The notes below the pieces were generated by a model. That model did not search any database and was not told the DNA's origin. It was given only the letters and a program-made list of their open reading frames with translations. Positions 21,101 through 31,488 of a DNA stretch of 64,000 nucleotides are shown here, piece after piece; the first letter of the stretch is position 1; each line of letters starts with the position of its first letter. The position numbers were made by a program, and so were the translations under genes. The DNA comes from Salinivirgaceae bacterium (GTDB lineage Bacteria > Bacteroidota > Bacteroidia > Bacteroidales > SZUA-534). The stretch spans positions 791 to 64,790 of the forward strand of contig JAFYYJ010000109.1 of the NCBI GenBank assembly GCA_017557605.1. The letters run 5' to 3'.

Positions 21101-21230
21101 CTACAAGCCGGCTGAAGGCATTGAGGTTTACCTGAACGGACACAACATGTTCAACAACGAGCAGCGTGAGTTCCCCTACGGTGATAAGATTGGCGGAATC
21201 TATTCGGTAGGTGTAAGCTTCGGATTTTAA
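18168..21230 (+). CDS. TonB-dependent receptor, copy 1 (1020 aa)
   Basis: Signal peptide, plug motifs (EALRLVPGMIVQEK, IERIEVVRGANAALYGPNALNGVINIIT) and a C-terminal beta-signal ending in F. Confidence 0.85.
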   Translation: MKKYILGLLLLVFAGYTTFAQQDVSKMTKDDIMQLSYDDLLSMPFEDLLTLANKLGVSTDDLFAMIMNKTVASASKKDEDSFKSPLASTVITKAEIRSYGITSIEEALRLVPGMIVQEKTNGLYDVHIRGLNNIPDNQMMIYTENANTLLMIDGRIAHNYATGDVNFEILPIGVEDIERIEVVRGANAALYGPNALNGVINIITEKTTENSKELQGSLTMGTHENYVGDVAYRKNINKKLSVGLTANLQYRRRNTNQLYVYPTQGLYHKNNSGMVDASEGGYYKTTDIENLKQAFTFGAIAGYLPDEFKADILAIQMTKATNDPEGFKATYGTDAPSAATVGAFLTGLAQSMPVGFYEAMEHELDIADMFDDPGMSRKTYGFNSYLSYRPADDITFDLSLGYQQSRANVNPVGELPFALCERIFKTGYVNLDANIKGLSMNVNYMGGPQDYMVGAPGFKIYAHNFQASAEYDIKIGDVLNVVPGVAYNYVNFKDYIPDFTNPSDPNDYSWSYNDHDYVSPNGRHLTGYFNGQTAELKDFAPSLRADFHVGGFRAIAAARFDKTNIPDKWNPSYQVGANYLINDNNIIRASYSTAMRSACFVNSNTRYTWHRDGLMPPDTIYFQYDENAPLAKINNVELGYRWRPTDKILIDAEAYYSVSEDFGALRANNSSVIMPYNELYDFMTKPANLGGLQSITEGDLNLNVLTEFMNHTSVVTTIKYGELPYKVKQMGFGVNIDWIISPKLIAKVNANIQQTKIDNYYAYNQNAEVLGQLGQVFRMITKVPNMAYDIQTGPINELMASGTFTQEQLMRVLGAAVDGEGNPIPVDPNSADFKTYFEVYKKYLARSMSSVDQDKVSKLAADYAACDVSKGEDTTFLNNLMASPDDTEYAAYFALKYGVYNDNGTFFFGNAQQYEPKTKNGVKHKATPSVYGMIGLIYKPTPKIDIAVYGNYIGKRTYATKYSTEELDDRFTVSMKLGYKPAEGIEVYLNGHNMFNNEQREFPYGDKIGGIYSVGVSFGF

Positions 21231-21250
21231 GTTAGTTTAAATGCTATAGG

Positions 21251-21287
21251 AAAAAGGCATCGGCTTCGGCCGGTGCCTTTTTTTTGT
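21251..21287 (+). terminator. rho-independent terminator
   Basis: Hairpin aaaaaggcatcggc-ttcg-gccggtgccttttt followed by a T-run. Confidence 0.7.
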
Positions 21288-21495
21288 GCTGTTCGGAGAT
21301 AAAGACGAACGTGTTTGGGCTTCACACGCTGTTTCGGTGCGTAAACTAAACGGATGAACAACCCATTAAAAAAATAGGGGAAAATAATAAGCTGATATAC
21401 AGTTTTATTGTAATAAAAGTAAAAAGCACCTATTGCACAATACATATTTTTTCCTTTATTTTGTCATAGTTTTAATGCCCATTAAAATTGTTTTT

Positions 21496-22002
21496 ATGAA
21501 AAAAGTATTATTTAGTATTGTGTGCATGTTGCTGATAGGAACAGCATCGGCGCAAGACGACAAGTTCAAGGCTTTGTTCGTCTACAACTTTACCAAGTAC
21601 ATTGAGTGGCCAAAAAACAAACAAACCGGTGATTTCGTTATTGGTGTGTTGGGTCATTCTTCAATCATCAGCGAGCTGAAGGCGTTTACCGAGCGCAAAA
21701 CTGTAGGTTCGCAAAAAATCGTTGTCGAGGAGATTCTTTCTTCGGAAGACTACACAAAGTACCACATTGTGTATGTGCCGACAAAGTTATCGGGACAAGC
21801 GGAGGACATTGCCAATAAGGTAAAAGGCAAGGGCGTTCTTCTTGTTACCGACAAACCAGGTATGGCAGCCACAACGTCGGGAATAAACTTTGTGAAAGTT
21901 GATAATCAGCAGAAGTTTGAAGTCAATACGACTCACCTTGAGAATGAAGGGGTGAAACACTCGCACACGCTCGTTCTGCTTGGAATAGCAGTAAATAATT
22001 AA
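21496..22002 (+). CDS. YfiR-like (DUF4154) periplasmic protein, copy 2
   Basis: MKKVLFSIVCMLLIGTASAQDDKFKALFVYNFTKYIEWP. By eye it is clearly a paralog of 17646..18149 along its whole length. Confidence 0.7.
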   Translation: MKKVLFSIVCMLLIGTASAQDDKFKALFVYNFTKYIEWPKNKQTGDFVIGVLGHSSIISELKAFTERKTVGSQKIVVEEILSSEDYTKYHIVYVPTKLSGQAEDIANKVKGKGVLLVTDKPGMAATTSGINFVKVDNQQKFEVNTTHLENEGVKHSHTLVLLGIAVNN

Positions 22003-22021
22003 CTCTTAAATCAGGATAACC

Positions 22022-24772
22022 ATGTATAAAAAAATATTTTGCATAATGCTGATGCTGATTATGGCATCACAATCGTTTGCGCAGCAAAAAGATGTTTCAA
22101 AAATGACTCGCGAGGACATTCTTGCAATGTCGTACGACGAGTTGGGCGCAATGCCGCTCGAAGATGTAATGAAACTGACCGAGATATTGGGCGTGTCGCT
22201 CAACGAACTTTACGAGATGCTTCTGAACAAAGACGTTACTTCGGCTTCGAAAAAGGCCGAGAGCAGTTTCGACTCACCGCTTTCAACAACCGTAATCTCT
22301 TACGATGAGATAATCGCCTCGGGTGCGCGCAACATTCAGGAGGCCATGCGTTTGGTGCCAGGTGTCATTGTTCGTGAGAAAACCAACGGTAACTACGACA
22401 TCCACATCCGTGGCAACAACAACATCCCCGACGAGAACCTTACGGTTTACACCGAAAACTCGATGACACTTGTCATGATTGACAACCGTCCAATCTACAA
22501 CTATATTAATGGTGGTACATTCTGGGAGTCGTTCCCGATTGACATTGCCGACGTCGACCGTATTGAGGTTGTGCGCGGTGCCGCAAGTGCCCTGTATGGC
22601 GCCAATGCAGTAACGGGTGTTATCAACATCATCACCAAGAATCCGGAGTCGGAAGACTTGCACATCAACGGACAGCTGCAGGGCGGAAACCTTGGCTCGT
22701 ATATGGGAAGCCTGAACGTTGGCCAGAACATTGGTAAATTCGGCTATCGTGTTTCAGGCAACTATCAGAAAATGCAACGTACAACCGATAAATTCTATGT
22801 GTTCCAGTACGATTCGCTTTTCAACCGCGACGATATTCAGACACTGCCCGACAAAACAAGCTATTGGCTGACAGTGTTCAACCCGATGGAGAGTATAAAA
22901 GATTGGCATCCCTATCCCGAGACAGCCGTTGACCGTTATGGTGTGAACGCCAACCTTTATTTCAACGCAGCCGACGACATCAACTTTGTTTTGAGCGGTG
23001 GTTATCAGGATTCATACATCACATCATCTTCGTTCGGCGACCCGTCAATCTCAATTACAGGCCGTGGCATTAAAAGCACGTATGCCAATTTCATTGGCAA
23101 GGCCAAAGGTCTGACATTGCAATCGAACATTATGTTTTCCGAGCAGGACATTGTATATAAGAATGTTGGCTTCAAGGCCGATGCCCGCACATTCAACCTC
23201 AATGCGGAATACGATTTTTATCTTGGCGGTTTGAATATCCGTCCTGGATTTTCGTACCAGAGCGCAACCTACGACGACACCCCGTATCTGATAGCTGACA
23301 CCACAGGCCGCTACTCATCGGGTTATATGAATGGTGAGTGCAGCTTCAATTCAATAGCCGGTTCGCTTCGTCTCGACTACAAAATGCTCGACGAGAAACT
23401 GCGCTTTATCTTGGGTGGCCGCTTCGAGAAATTCGACACATCCGACGATTTGTACTTCCCATTCCAAATGGTGGCAAGCTACAATCTGAACGACAAGCAC
23501 ATGTTCCGCATTGTTGGTTCAATGGCCAACCGCAGCCCGTTCATTGTCGATTCATATTCAAACTTCGATTGGAACCGACAAGGTCGTCCCTTCCCGTCGC
23601 ATATGAAATTTAATGGCGACAAAGACCAGAAACTGGCTTCTACAAAGAATGTCGAAGTTGGTTACCGCGTCCGCCCTGTGCGCAACCTGTTCATTGAGGC
23701 CGAGGCCTTTATGTCATCAACCAAGAACTTTGGTTGCTTGCTACCTGAGAGCGTAACAGCTTACGTTCACACTGATTCAATGTCGGTAACAGTTAGTGTT
23801 CCGAATTTAGGACCTATTTATCAAACTAAATCACAACCAACAGCTGCAATTCCTTATCAAGTCAACTTGAAATATCAGAACATCGATGTCGATGCGCACC
23901 AGTATGGCATTACATTGAATGCAGAGTGGGTGGCTAATGAGAAACTGATTTTTAAAGCGTTTGGCACTTATCAGATTACAAAGCTGAGAGACCACAATTG
24001 CTATAACAACTCGCAAATAGTTACCGATATGACGACTCTTGCGGCTGTTAATGCTTCTCAAGGGAAAGGTATTGTCGGTCAAGGAGTTGATAGTTATTTC
24101 AGCGTACCATTTACAGCAACAGCTACTCAGCAACTTGAAAACGGTGGTTACAAACAGATAGAAGTAGGTTTGGCTCAGAACATGTTGATTCAGCAAATGA
24201 TGCAAGCCGGTTTGACTAAGGAAGAAGCGGCTAAGCAAGTTGAACAAATGGCTGTGGCGGGTTCTGCAGAGTGGAATGCTGCCGCTCAACAAGCTGCAGC
24301 TCTTATGGCACAGCAGCAGACCACAATCAATGCAGAAATGCCTTCGGTAATTGCCGAACAGTATTTCAATTATGAGGAGTATGACCAAACTCTTAAGCGA
24401 CTGCAAGCTGCAGGAGTATATCCTACACTTTATAATGGTAAAACATACGACGGTCGCTACGAGAAAAAGGAAGTTGAGCACAAAGCTACACCGGCATTCT
24501 TCGGCGGTTTCAGCGCCAACTACACACCAATCGAGAAGCTGAACATCTACGCCAGCGGCAACTTCTACTCAAAACAAACCTATACTACATCGAACGGCAC
24601 ATTCGAAGCCGACCCCAAGTTCATCCTGAACTGCAAGGTGTCGTACAAGGTTTGGAAAGACAACGCCGTATTCTTCAACGCCCGCAACCTTCTCAACGAC
24701 AAGAAGCAGGAGTTTGCCTGGACCGACGAGACTCGCGGTTGCTATCTGGTAGGTCTTGATTTGAAATTTTGA
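22022..24772 (+). CDS. TonB-dependent receptor, copy 2 (916 aa)
   Basis: The N-terminal 200 aa are collinear with copy 1 (DVSKMTREDILAMSYDELGAMPLEDV..., VDRIEVVRGAASALYGANAVTGVINIIT). It ends in F. Confidence 0.85.
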   Translation: MYKKIFCIMLMLIMASQSFAQQKDVSKMTREDILAMSYDELGAMPLEDVMKLTEILGVSLNELYEMLLNKDVTSASKKAESSFDSPLSTTVISYDEIIASGARNIQEAMRLVPGVIVREKTNGNYDIHIRGNNNIPDENLTVYTENSMTLVMIDNRPIYNYINGGTFWESFPIDIADVDRIEVVRGAASALYGANAVTGVINIITKNPESEDLHINGQLQGGNLGSYMGSLNVGQNIGKFGYRVSGNYQKMQRTTDKFYVFQYDSLFNRDDIQTLPDKTSYWLTVFNPMESIKDWHPYPETAVDRYGVNANLYFNAADDINFVLSGGYQDSYITSSSFGDPSISITGRGIKSTYANFIGKAKGLTLQSNIMFSEQDIVYKNVGFKADARTFNLNAEYDFYLGGLNIRPGFSYQSATYDDTPYLIADTTGRYSSGYMNGECSFNSIAGSLRLDYKMLDEKLRFILGGRFEKFDTSDDLYFPFQMVASYNLNDKHMFRIVGSMANRSPFIVDSYSNFDWNRQGRPFPSHMKFNGDKDQKLASTKNVEVGYRVRPVRNLFIEAEAFMSSTKNFGCLLPESVTAYVHTDSMSVTVSVPNLGPIYQTKSQPTAAIPYQVNLKYQNIDVDAHQYGITLNAEWVANEKLIFKAFGTYQITKLRDHNCYNNSQIVTDMTTLAAVNASQGKGIVGQGVDSYFSVPFTATATQQLENGGYKQIEVGLAQNMLIQQMMQAGLTKEEAAKQVEQMAVAGSAEWNAAAQQAAALMAQQQTTINAEMPSVIAEQYFNYEEYDQTLKRLQAAGVYPTLYNGKTYDGRYEKKEVEHKATPAFFGGFSANYTPIEKLNIYASGNFYSKQTYTTSNGTFEADPKFILNCKVSYKVWKDNAVFFNARNLLNDKKQEFAWTDETRGCYLVGLDLKF

Positions 24773-24800
24773 TACACATATTATATATATGTATAAACGA

Positions 24801-24838
24801 AGACGGGGACAATGAAAATTGTTCCCGTCTTTGTTTTC
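24801..24838 (+). terminator. rho-independent terminator
   Basis: Hairpin agacggggacaa-tgaaaa-ttgttcccgtct followed by ttgtttt. Confidence 0.65.
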
Positions 24839-25055
24839 AAAAATGCCTTTCACAAAGAAGAAAACAGTGTTGACAAAATCGGGTTTATGAACATTGATTG
24901 GGGAAAAAAGCCGTTTTATGGCTAAAACAATGCGTTTTACGGGTTAACAATCAAATTTTGAAATAATTATTTTCAACCTATTGATTAAGATGAAATTGTT
25001 TTTACCTTTGCGAACCGATTTTGCGGAGAATTATGAACATTTTTATATAGAAAAT

Positions 25056-25430
25056 ATGCCAACTATACAACAATTAGTAAGAAAAGGGCGAGTAGAATTG
25101 GACAAGAAAAGCAAGGCACCAGCCTTGGATTCATGCCCACAACGCCGTGGAGTGTGCGTTCGTGTTTATACCACAACTCCAAAAAAACCAAACTCGGCAA
25201 TGCGTAAGGTTGCCAGAGTCCGTCTGACAAATGGTAAGGAGGTCAACTCCTACATTCCGGGAGAAGGTCACAATTTGCAGGAGCACTCAATTGTGATGAT
25301 CCGCGGAGGTCGTGTTAAGGATCTACCAGGTGTTCGTTACCACATCATTCGTGGTGCTTTGGATACATCGGGAGTAGAGGGACGCAAACAACGTCGCTCA
25401 AAGTATGGTGCTAAAAGACCTAAAAAATAA
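25056..25430 (+). CDS. rpsL: 30S ribosomal protein S12
   Basis: [12 protein letters not shown]... The track ORF begins at an upstream TTG (24981). The ATG at 25056 gives the canonical N-terminus, and a TAccTTTG box sits at 25003-25010. Confidence 0.97.
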   Translation: MPTIQQLVRKGRVELDKKSKAPALDSCPQRRGVCVRVYTTTPKKPNSAMRKVARVRLTNGKEVNSYIPGEGHNLQEHSIVMIRGGRVKDLPGVRYHIIRGALDTSGVEGRKQRRSKYGAKRPKK

Positions 25431-25447
25431 TCAATTAATATTTTAAA

Positions 25448-25924
25448 ATGAGAAAAGCAAAACCAAAAAGCAGGATTCTGTTACCAGATCCTAAGTTTAA
25501 TGATGTATTGGTTACCCGTTTTGTCAACAACTTGATGTTGGACGGAAAAAAGAACACCGCATACGAGATTTTCTACGATTCACTCGATATAGTTGGTGCC
25601 AAAATGAAAGACAACGAATTGTCGCCTCTTGACATTTGGAAGAAGGCTTTGCAGAATGTAACTCCGCAAGTCGAGGTTCGCAGCCGCCGCGTTGGTGGTG
25701 CAACATTCCAGATTCCGCAGGAAATCCGTGAGACCCGCAAGGTGGCTATGAGCATGAAGAACATGATTCTGTTCGCACGCAAACGTGCCGGACGCTCAAT
25801 GGCTGACAAACTCTCTGCCGAAATTATGGCGGCTTACAACGAAGAGGGTGGCGCATTCAAGAGGAAAGAAGAAATACACCGCATGGCAGAAGCCAACAAG
25901 GCCTTCTCGCACTTCCGCTTTTAA
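25448..25924 (+). CDS. rpsG: 30S ribosomal protein S7
   Basis: Canonical S7 sequence and position after rpsL. Confidence 0.97.
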   Translation: MRKAKPKSRILLPDPKFNDVLVTRFVNNLMLDGKKNTAYEIFYDSLDIVGAKMKDNELSPLDIWKKALQNVTPQVEVRSRRVGGATFQIPQEIRETRKVAMSMKNMILFARKRAGRSMADKLSAEIMAAYNEEGGAFKRKEEIHRMAEANKAFSHFRF

Positions 25925-25937
25925 TTAGAAGAATACA

Positions 25938-28037
25938 ATGGCAAGAGATCTTAAATACACTCGTAACTTCGGCATCATGGCTCACATCGATGCCGGCAAG
26001 ACAACCACTTCAGAACGAATTCTATTCTATACGGGTATAACCCACCGCATTGGTGAGGTGCACGATGGTGCAGCTACCATGGACTGGATGGTTCAGGAGC
26101 AGGAGCGCGGTATCACCATTACATCGGCTGCCACCACATGCTTCTGGAAATACAACGGCAACGAATACAAATACAACCTTATCGACACTCCGGGACACGT
26201 TGACTTCACTGTTGAGGTTGAACGTTGTCTTCGCGTATTGGACGGCGCTGTTGCCGTTTACTGCGCAGTAGGTGGTGTTGAGCCTCAGTCGGAGACTGTA
26301 TGGCGTCAGGCCAACAAATATCACGTTCCGCGTATCGCGTTCGTCAACAAGATGGACCGCATTGGTGCCGACTATTTCTCGGTTGTTAACCAGATTCGCG
26401 AGCGCTTGAACGCAAATGCCGTTACAATCCACATCCCAATCGGCTCTGAGGCCGACTTCCGTGGCTTGGTTGACCTTATCGAAATGAAAGCCATTGTTTG
26501 GATTGACGATGCGACAATGGGTACTACTTATAAGTACATCGACATTCCGGAGGATTTGGTTGAAACAGCAAACGAATATCGTGCAAAACTGATTGAGTCA
26601 GTTGCCGAACTTGACGACACTCTGCTTGAGCGCTTCTTCGAAGACCCCGATTCAATAACAGTTGATGAGATTAAGAGTGTAATCCGCCGCGCTACAATCG
26701 AACAGATGATTGTTCCTGTTTTGTGCGGTTCAGCTTTCAAAAATAAAGGTATCCAACGTTTGTTGGACGCTGTGGCAGCCTTCTTGCCAAGTCCTGTTGA
26801 CGTACCGGCCGTTGTCGGAACAAATCCGTCGACAGAAGGAGAGGAAGATAGAAAGGTTGACGCAAAAGAGCCGTTCTGCGGTCTGGCATTTAAGATTGCC
26901 ACCGACCCTTATGTAGGCCGTTTGTGCTTCATCCGCGTTTATAGCGGCGTGCTCAGCGCAGGCGACACAGTGCTGAATATGCGCACTGGCAAGAAAGAGC
27001 GTATCTCGCGTTTGTTCCAGATGCACTCTAACCACCAGAACCCGATGGAGAAGATTGAGGCTGGTGATATTTGCGCAGGTATCGGTTTCAAAGACATCCG
27101 CACAGGTGACACATTGTGCGCCGAGAGTGCCCCGATTGTACTCGAGAGCATGACATTCCCGAAACCGGTTATCAGCATCGCTATCGAGCCTAAGACTCAA
27201 GGCGATATGGAGAAACTTGACGCAGCTTTGATTAAGTTGGCAGAAGAAGACCCAACCTTTACTTTGAAGACCGACCAGGATTCGGGTCAGATAGTAATCA
27301 GCGGTATGGGCGAGCTGCACTTGGACATCCTTATCGACCGTCTGAAACGCGAATTTAAAGTTGAAGTTAACCAGGGCGCACCCCAGGTTGCATATAAAGA
27401 GGCTATCACAACAACGGTTGACCACCGTGAGGTGTTCAAGAAACAGACCGGTGGCCGTGGTAAGTTTGCCGATATTATTGTCAAAGTATCTCCTGCTGAG
27501 GAAGGCAAAGAGGGCTTGACGTTTATCGATTCAATCAAGGGCGGCCACATTCCGGCAGAGTATATTCCGTCGGTTGAGAAGGGCTTCAAAGAGGCTATGA
27601 AGAATGGTCCGTTGGCCGGCTTCCCGGTTGACAGCCTTCAGGTTGAATTGGTTGATGGTTCGTTCCACCCGGTTGACTCTGACCAGCTTTCATTCGAGAT
27701 TGCAGGTCGTCAGGCATTCCGTGAGGCTTGCGCTAAAGCAAAACCGATTCTGCTTGAGCCAATCATGCACGTTGAGGTTGTAACTCCTGAGGATTACATG
27801 GGCGATGTTATTGGTGACCTTAACAAACGCCGTGGTCAGGTAGAGGGTATGGAAAGCCGCTCGACAGGTGACCGTGTAATCAAAGCCAACGTTCCATTGT
27901 CGGAGATGTTCGGTTATGTAACCGTTCTGCGTACAATCACATCGGGTCGCGCAACATCGAGCATGGAGTTCTCGCATTATGCTGAGACACCGAAAAATGT
28001 GGCAACTGAGGTGTTAGAGAAGATTAAAGGAAAATAA
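25938..28037 (+). CDS. fusA: elongation factor G
   Basis: G domain [21 protein letters not shown]. Confidence 0.98.
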   Translation: MARDLKYTRNFGIMAHIDAGKTTTSERILFYTGITHRIGEVHDGAATMDWMVQEQERGITITSAATTCFWKYNGNEYKYNLIDTPGHVDFTVEVERCLRVLDGAVAVYCAVGGVEPQSETVWRQANKYHVPRIAFVNKMDRIGADYFSVVNQIRERLNANAVTIHIPIGSEADFRGLVDLIEMKAIVWIDDATMGTTYKYIDIPEDLVETANEYRAKLIESVAELDDTLLERFFEDPDSITVDEIKSVIRRATIEQMIVPVLCGSAFKNKGIQRLLDAVAAFLPSPVDVPAVVGTNPSTEGEEDRKVDAKEPFCGLAFKIATDPYVGRLCFIRVYSGVLSAGDTVLNMRTGKKERISRLFQMHSNHQNPMEKIEAGDICAGIGFKDIRTGDTLCAESAPIVLESMTFPKPVISIAIEPKTQGDMEKLDAALIKLAEEDPTFTLKTDQDSGQIVISGMGELHLDILIDRLKREFKVEVNQGAPQVAYKEAITTTVDHREVFKKQTGGRGKFADIIVKVSPAEEGKEGLTFIDSIKGGHIPAEYIPSVEKGFKEAMKNGPLAGFPVDSLQVELVDGSFHPVDSDQLSFEIAGRQAFREACAKAKPILLEPIMHVEVVTPEDYMGDVIGDLNKRRGQVEGMESRSTGDRVIKANVPLSEMFGYVTVLRTITSGRATSSMEFSHYAETPKNVATEVLEKIKGK

Positions 28038-28059
28038 CTTTCTTATATATTAACTTAAT

Positions 28060-28365
28060 ATGAGCCAGAAAATCAGAATTAAATTAAAGTCTTACGATCA
28101 CAACTTGGTCGACAAGTCGGCAGAGAAGATTGTTAAGACAGTAAAGACAACCGGCGCAGTTGTAAGTGGACCTATTCCACTTCCCACACACCGCCGTGTG
28201 TTTACAGTATTACGCTCAACTTTCGTGAACAAAAAATCACGCGAACAGTTTGAGTTGTCTTCTTACAAAAGGCTATTGGACATCTACAGCTCTACAGCTA
28301 AGACCATTGACGCCTTGATGAAACTTGAACTCCCTAGCGGTGTTGAAGTAGAGATTAAAGTATGA
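28060..28365 (+). CDS. rpsJ: 30S ribosomal protein S10
   Basis: [10 protein letters not shown]...[10 protein letters not shown], canonical S10. Confidence 0.97.
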   Translation: MSQKIRIKLKSYDHNLVDKSAEKIVKTVKTTGAVVSGPIPLPTHRRVFTVLRSTFVNKKSREQFELSSYKRLLDIYSSTAKTIDALMKLELPSGVEVEIKV

Positions 28366-28384
28366 CATTTTATATTAAATAAAA

Positions 28385-29002
28385 ATGGCTGGATTAATAG
28401 GTAAAAAAATTGGAATGACATCGATTTTCAGTGCCGAGGGAAAAAATATTCCATGCACTGTTATCGAAGCAGGACCTTGTGTTGTTACACAAGTGAAAAC
28501 CGTTGAGAAAGACGGTTACAGCGCATTACAGCTTGGCTATGATGACAGAAGCGAGAAGAACTTCTCGAAAGCTGAGTTGGGACACTTCAAGAAAGCCAAT
28601 ACTGCTCCAAAAGCAAAAGTGGCTGAATTTTTGGACTTCGATGGTGATTACAAATTGGGTGACACCATTTCGGTTGACATTTTTAACGATGAGGCTTGGG
28701 TTGACGTAACCGGAATCTCGAAAGGTAAAGGATTCCAGGGCGTTGTCCGCCGTCACAACTTTAACGGCGTGAACGACGCAACACACGGTCAGCACAACCG
28801 CAGCCGCCATCCGGGTTCATTAGGCGCTTCATCGTATCCATCGCGAGTTATGCCGGGTATGCGCATGGCCGGTCGTATGGGTGGCGATCAAGTAAAAGTT
28901 CTCAGTCTTCGGATTGTGAAAATCATCCCTGAGAACAACTTAATTTTAGTTAAAGGATCTGTACCAGGTCACAAAGGTTCATACTTAATAATTGAGAAAT
29001 AA
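28385..29002 (+). CDS. rplC: 50S ribosomal protein L3
   Basis: [15 protein letters not shown], with conserved operon order. Confidence 0.97.
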   Translation: MAGLIGKKIGMTSIFSAEGKNIPCTVIEAGPCVVTQVKTVEKDGYSALQLGYDDRSEKNFSKAELGHFKKANTAPKAKVAEFLDFDGDYKLGDTISVDIFNDEAWVDVTGISKGKGFQGVVRRHNFNGVNDATHGQHNRSRHPGSLGASSYPSRVMPGMRMAGRMGGDQVKVLSLRIVKIIPENNLILVKGSVPGHKGSYLIIEK

Positions 29003-29628
29003 TGGAATTGAAAGTTTTAAATCAAGAAGGAAAAGAAACTGGCAAAAACGTTAAGTTAAACGATTCCATCTACGGTATCGAGCCTAATGATCACGCAATC
29101 TATCTTGACGTTAAGCAATACTTGGCAAACCAACGCCAGGGCACACATAAATCGAAACAGCGCAACGAGGTATCGGGAAGTACCCGCAAGTTGAAAAAAC
29201 AGAAAGGTACCGGCGGTGCACGCTGCGGAAGCATCAAAGCTCCAGTTTTTGTAGGCGGTGGCCGCGTATTCGGTCCGGAGCCACGCGATTATTCGTTCAA
29301 ATTGAACAAGAAGCTGAAACAGTTGGCGCGTAAGTCGGCTTTGTCTTACAAGGCACAGGCAAATGAGATTATCGTTGTCGACAACATCGCAATCAACGAG
29401 CCAAAGACAAAGGCTTATGTGGCAATTCTTGACAACCTGAAAATCAACGGCAAAAAATCGCTGTTGGTGTTAGGGGAATCTAATAAAAACATATATTTGT
29501 CGGCTCGAAATTTGGAAGGTGTGGAAGTCGTAACTGCCGATCTTCTAAATACTTATCAAATAATGAATGCTTCATCGCTTGTGATTACAGAAAACTCATT
29601 GGAGATAATTGAAAACTTATTGGGATAA
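29002..29628 (+). CDS. rplD: 50S ribosomal protein L4
   Basis: Operon order, and KQKGTGGAR motif. Confidence 0.96.
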   Translation: MELKVLNQEGKETGKNVKLNDSIYGIEPNDHAIYLDVKQYLANQRQGTHKSKQRNEVSGSTRKLKKQKGTGGARCGSIKAPVFVGGGRVFGPEPRDYSFKLNKKLKQLARKSALSYKAQANEIIVVDNIAINEPKTKAYVAILDNLKINGKKSLLVLGESNKNIYLSARNLEGVEVVTADLLNTYQIMNASSLVITENSLEIIENLLG

Positions 29629-29643
29629 TAGGAGGGAAAAACT

Positions 29644-29934
29644 ATGAGTATTATAATAAAACCAATCATAAGCGAGAAGATGACAGCCCAGTCAGAGAAA
29701 CTGAACCGTTATGGTTTCATTGTCGACAAAAGGGCTGACAAATTGCAGATTCGCAAAGAGGTAGAAGATTTGTACGGCGTAAAGGTTGAGGCTGTCAACA
29801 CAATCAGATATGCAGGCAAGCGCAAATCGCGTTACACCAAGGCAGGATTTGTTGAGGGTCGCACCAATGCTTACAAGAAGGCCATTGTTACATTGAAAGA
29901 TGGCCAGACAATAGATTTTTATAGCAATATTTAG
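29644..29934 (+). CDS. rplW: 50S ribosomal protein L23
   Basis: Operon order and L23-like sequence. Confidence 0.95.
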   Translation: MSIIIKPIISEKMTAQSEKLNRYGFIVDKRADKLQIRKEVEDLYGVKVEAVNTIRYAGKRKSRYTKAGFVEGRTNAYKKAIVTLKDGQTIDFYSNI

Positions 29935-29949
29935 TATTAATTATAGATA

Positions 29950-30780
29950 ATGGCCGCGAAAAAACTAAAACCCGTTACACCGGGTCAGCGAGGCAAGGTG
30001 GTTAGCAACTTTGAGACAGTAACCACCACAACACCTGAAAAATCATTGTTGAGTCCATTAAGGAAGTCCGGAGGCCGTAACAACGACGGACGTCTAACAA
30101 TGAGATATATAGGTGGTGGACACAAACAACGCTATCGTATTATCGACTTCAAACGCGATAAAGATGGCGTAGCAGGAACAGTTAAATCGATAGAGTACGA
30201 TCCAAATCGTAGCGCTCGTATCGCTTTAGTTGTTTATGCCGATGGAGAGAAAAGATACATTCTGGCGCCAAACGGCTTGACCGTAGGCCAGGTAGTGATG
30301 TCAGGCAAGGGCGTTGCGCCTGAGGTTGGCAACGCACTGTATCTTTCGGACATTCCACTCGGTACTATCATTCACAACATCGAACTTCGTCCTAACGCAG
30401 GTGGCAGCATGGCACGCAGCGCCGGAACGTTTGCGCAGCTTACATCGCGTGAAGGCAAGTACGCAATTGTGAAATTACCTTCGGGAGAAATCCGTATGGT
30501 ATTGGTAACATGCAAAGCAACTATTGGAGTTGTCGGCAATTCAGATCATGCTTTGGAAGTGTCGGGAAAAGCCGGACGTTCTCGTTGGCTGGGTCGCAGA
30601 CCGCGTAACCGTGGTGTTGTCATGAACCCTGTCGATCACCCGATGGGTGGTGGTGAAGGACGTGCTTCAGGTGGACACCCGCGTTCACGTAACGGTATGC
30701 CAGCTAAGGGATACAAGACTCGTCGTCCGAAAAAGCTGTCGAATAAAATGATTGTTGAACGTAGAAAAAGTAAAGCATAA
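29950..30780 (+). CDS. rplB: 50S ribosomal protein L2
   Basis: [13 protein letters not shown] motif. Confidence 0.98.
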   Translation: MAAKKLKPVTPGQRGKVVSNFETVTTTTPEKSLLSPLRKSGGRNNDGRLTMRYIGGGHKQRYRIIDFKRDKDGVAGTVKSIEYDPNRSARIALVVYADGEKRYILAPNGLTVGQVVMSGKGVAPEVGNALYLSDIPLGTIIHNIELRPNAGGSMARSAGTFAQLTSREGKYAIVKLPSGEIRMVLVTCKATIGVVGNSDHALEVSGKAGRSRWLGRRPRNRGVVMNPVDHPMGGGEGRASGGHPRSRNGMPAKGYKTRRPKKLSNKMIVERRKSKA

Positions 30781-30783
30781 ATT

Positions 30784-31050
30784 ATGAGTCGTTCGTTAAA
30801 AAAAGGGCCGTACATTTATTACAAGCTCGATGCTAAAGTGGCTGCAATGAATGAGTCAGGTAAGAAAGACGTTATCAAAACCTGGTCGAGGGCCTCAATG
30901 ATTTCTCCAGACTTTGTTGGGCATACCTTTGCCGTTCATAACGGAAACCGCTTTATACCAGTTTATGTAACTGAGAACATGGTAGGTCATAAATTGGGTG
31001 AATTCGCCCCAACCCGTCAGTTCAGAGGTCATGGAGGAAAGAAGAAATAA
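30784..31050 (+). CDS. rpsS: 30S ribosomal protein S19
   Basis: [10 protein letters not shown]..., canonical S19. Confidence 0.97.
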   Translation: MSRSLKKGPYIYYKLDAKVAAMNESGKKDVIKTWSRASMISPDFVGHTFAVHNGNRFIPVYVTENMVGHKLGEFAPTRQFRGHGGKKK

Positions 31051-31071
31051 TAATGTAAATCGGAACTAACA

Positions 31072-31488
31072 ATGGGTGCAAGAAAAAGAAATAGAGCAAA
31101 TCAGTTGAAGGAGGAAAGGAAAAACATAAGTTTCGCAAAACTTAATGATTGCCCGACATCTCCTCGTAAGATGCGTTTGATTGCCGATATGGTTCGTGGC
31201 GTTGAAGTCAACAAAGCATTAAGCATTCTACGCTATTGTCCTAAAGAGGCCTCAGCCAAAGTTGAAAAACTGTTATTGTCTGCTATCGCAAACTGGCAGC
31301 AGAAAAACGATGGAGCAAGAATTGAAGACTCGAATCTGTATGTGAAAGAGATTTCAGTGGATTCGGCTCGTCAGTTGAAACGTCTTCGTCCGGCTCCGCA
31401 AGGACGCGGATATCGTATCAGAAAACGTTCTAACCACGTTACAGTTGTTGTTGATAGCAAGAGTCAAACAAACGAAAAAAGTGAATAA
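31072..31488 (+). CDS. rplV: 50S ribosomal protein L22
   Basis: Operon order and L22-like sequence. Confidence 0.95.
   Translation: MGARKRNRANQLKEERKNISFAKLNDCPTSPRKMRLIADMVRGVEVNKALSILRYCPKEASAKVEKLLLSAIANWQQKNDGARIEDSNLYVKEISVDSARQLKRLRPAPQGRGYRIRKRSNHVTVVVDSKSQTNEKSE

Noticed and set aside
18474-24481. Several long minus-strand ORFs inside the two TonB-dependent receptor genes (for example 18474..19115, 20175..20591, 20706..21143, 23831..24481).
   Set aside because: All are antisense to receptor genes with plug and barrel motifs. They have odd Cys/His/Val-rich compositions and no start context.
24981-25055. N-terminal extension of rpsL starting at a TTG ([14 protein letters not shown]...).
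   Set aside because: The canonical S12 N-terminus [12 protein letters not shown] begins at the ATG at 25056. A TAnnTTTG promoter-like box lies inside the extension.
26730-27425. 231-aa minus-strand ORF within fusA, and similar antisense ORFs across the ribosomal operon (for example 32594..32993, 37577..38152, 38781..39005).
   Set aside because: They are antisense to universally conserved translation genes and have no motifs.
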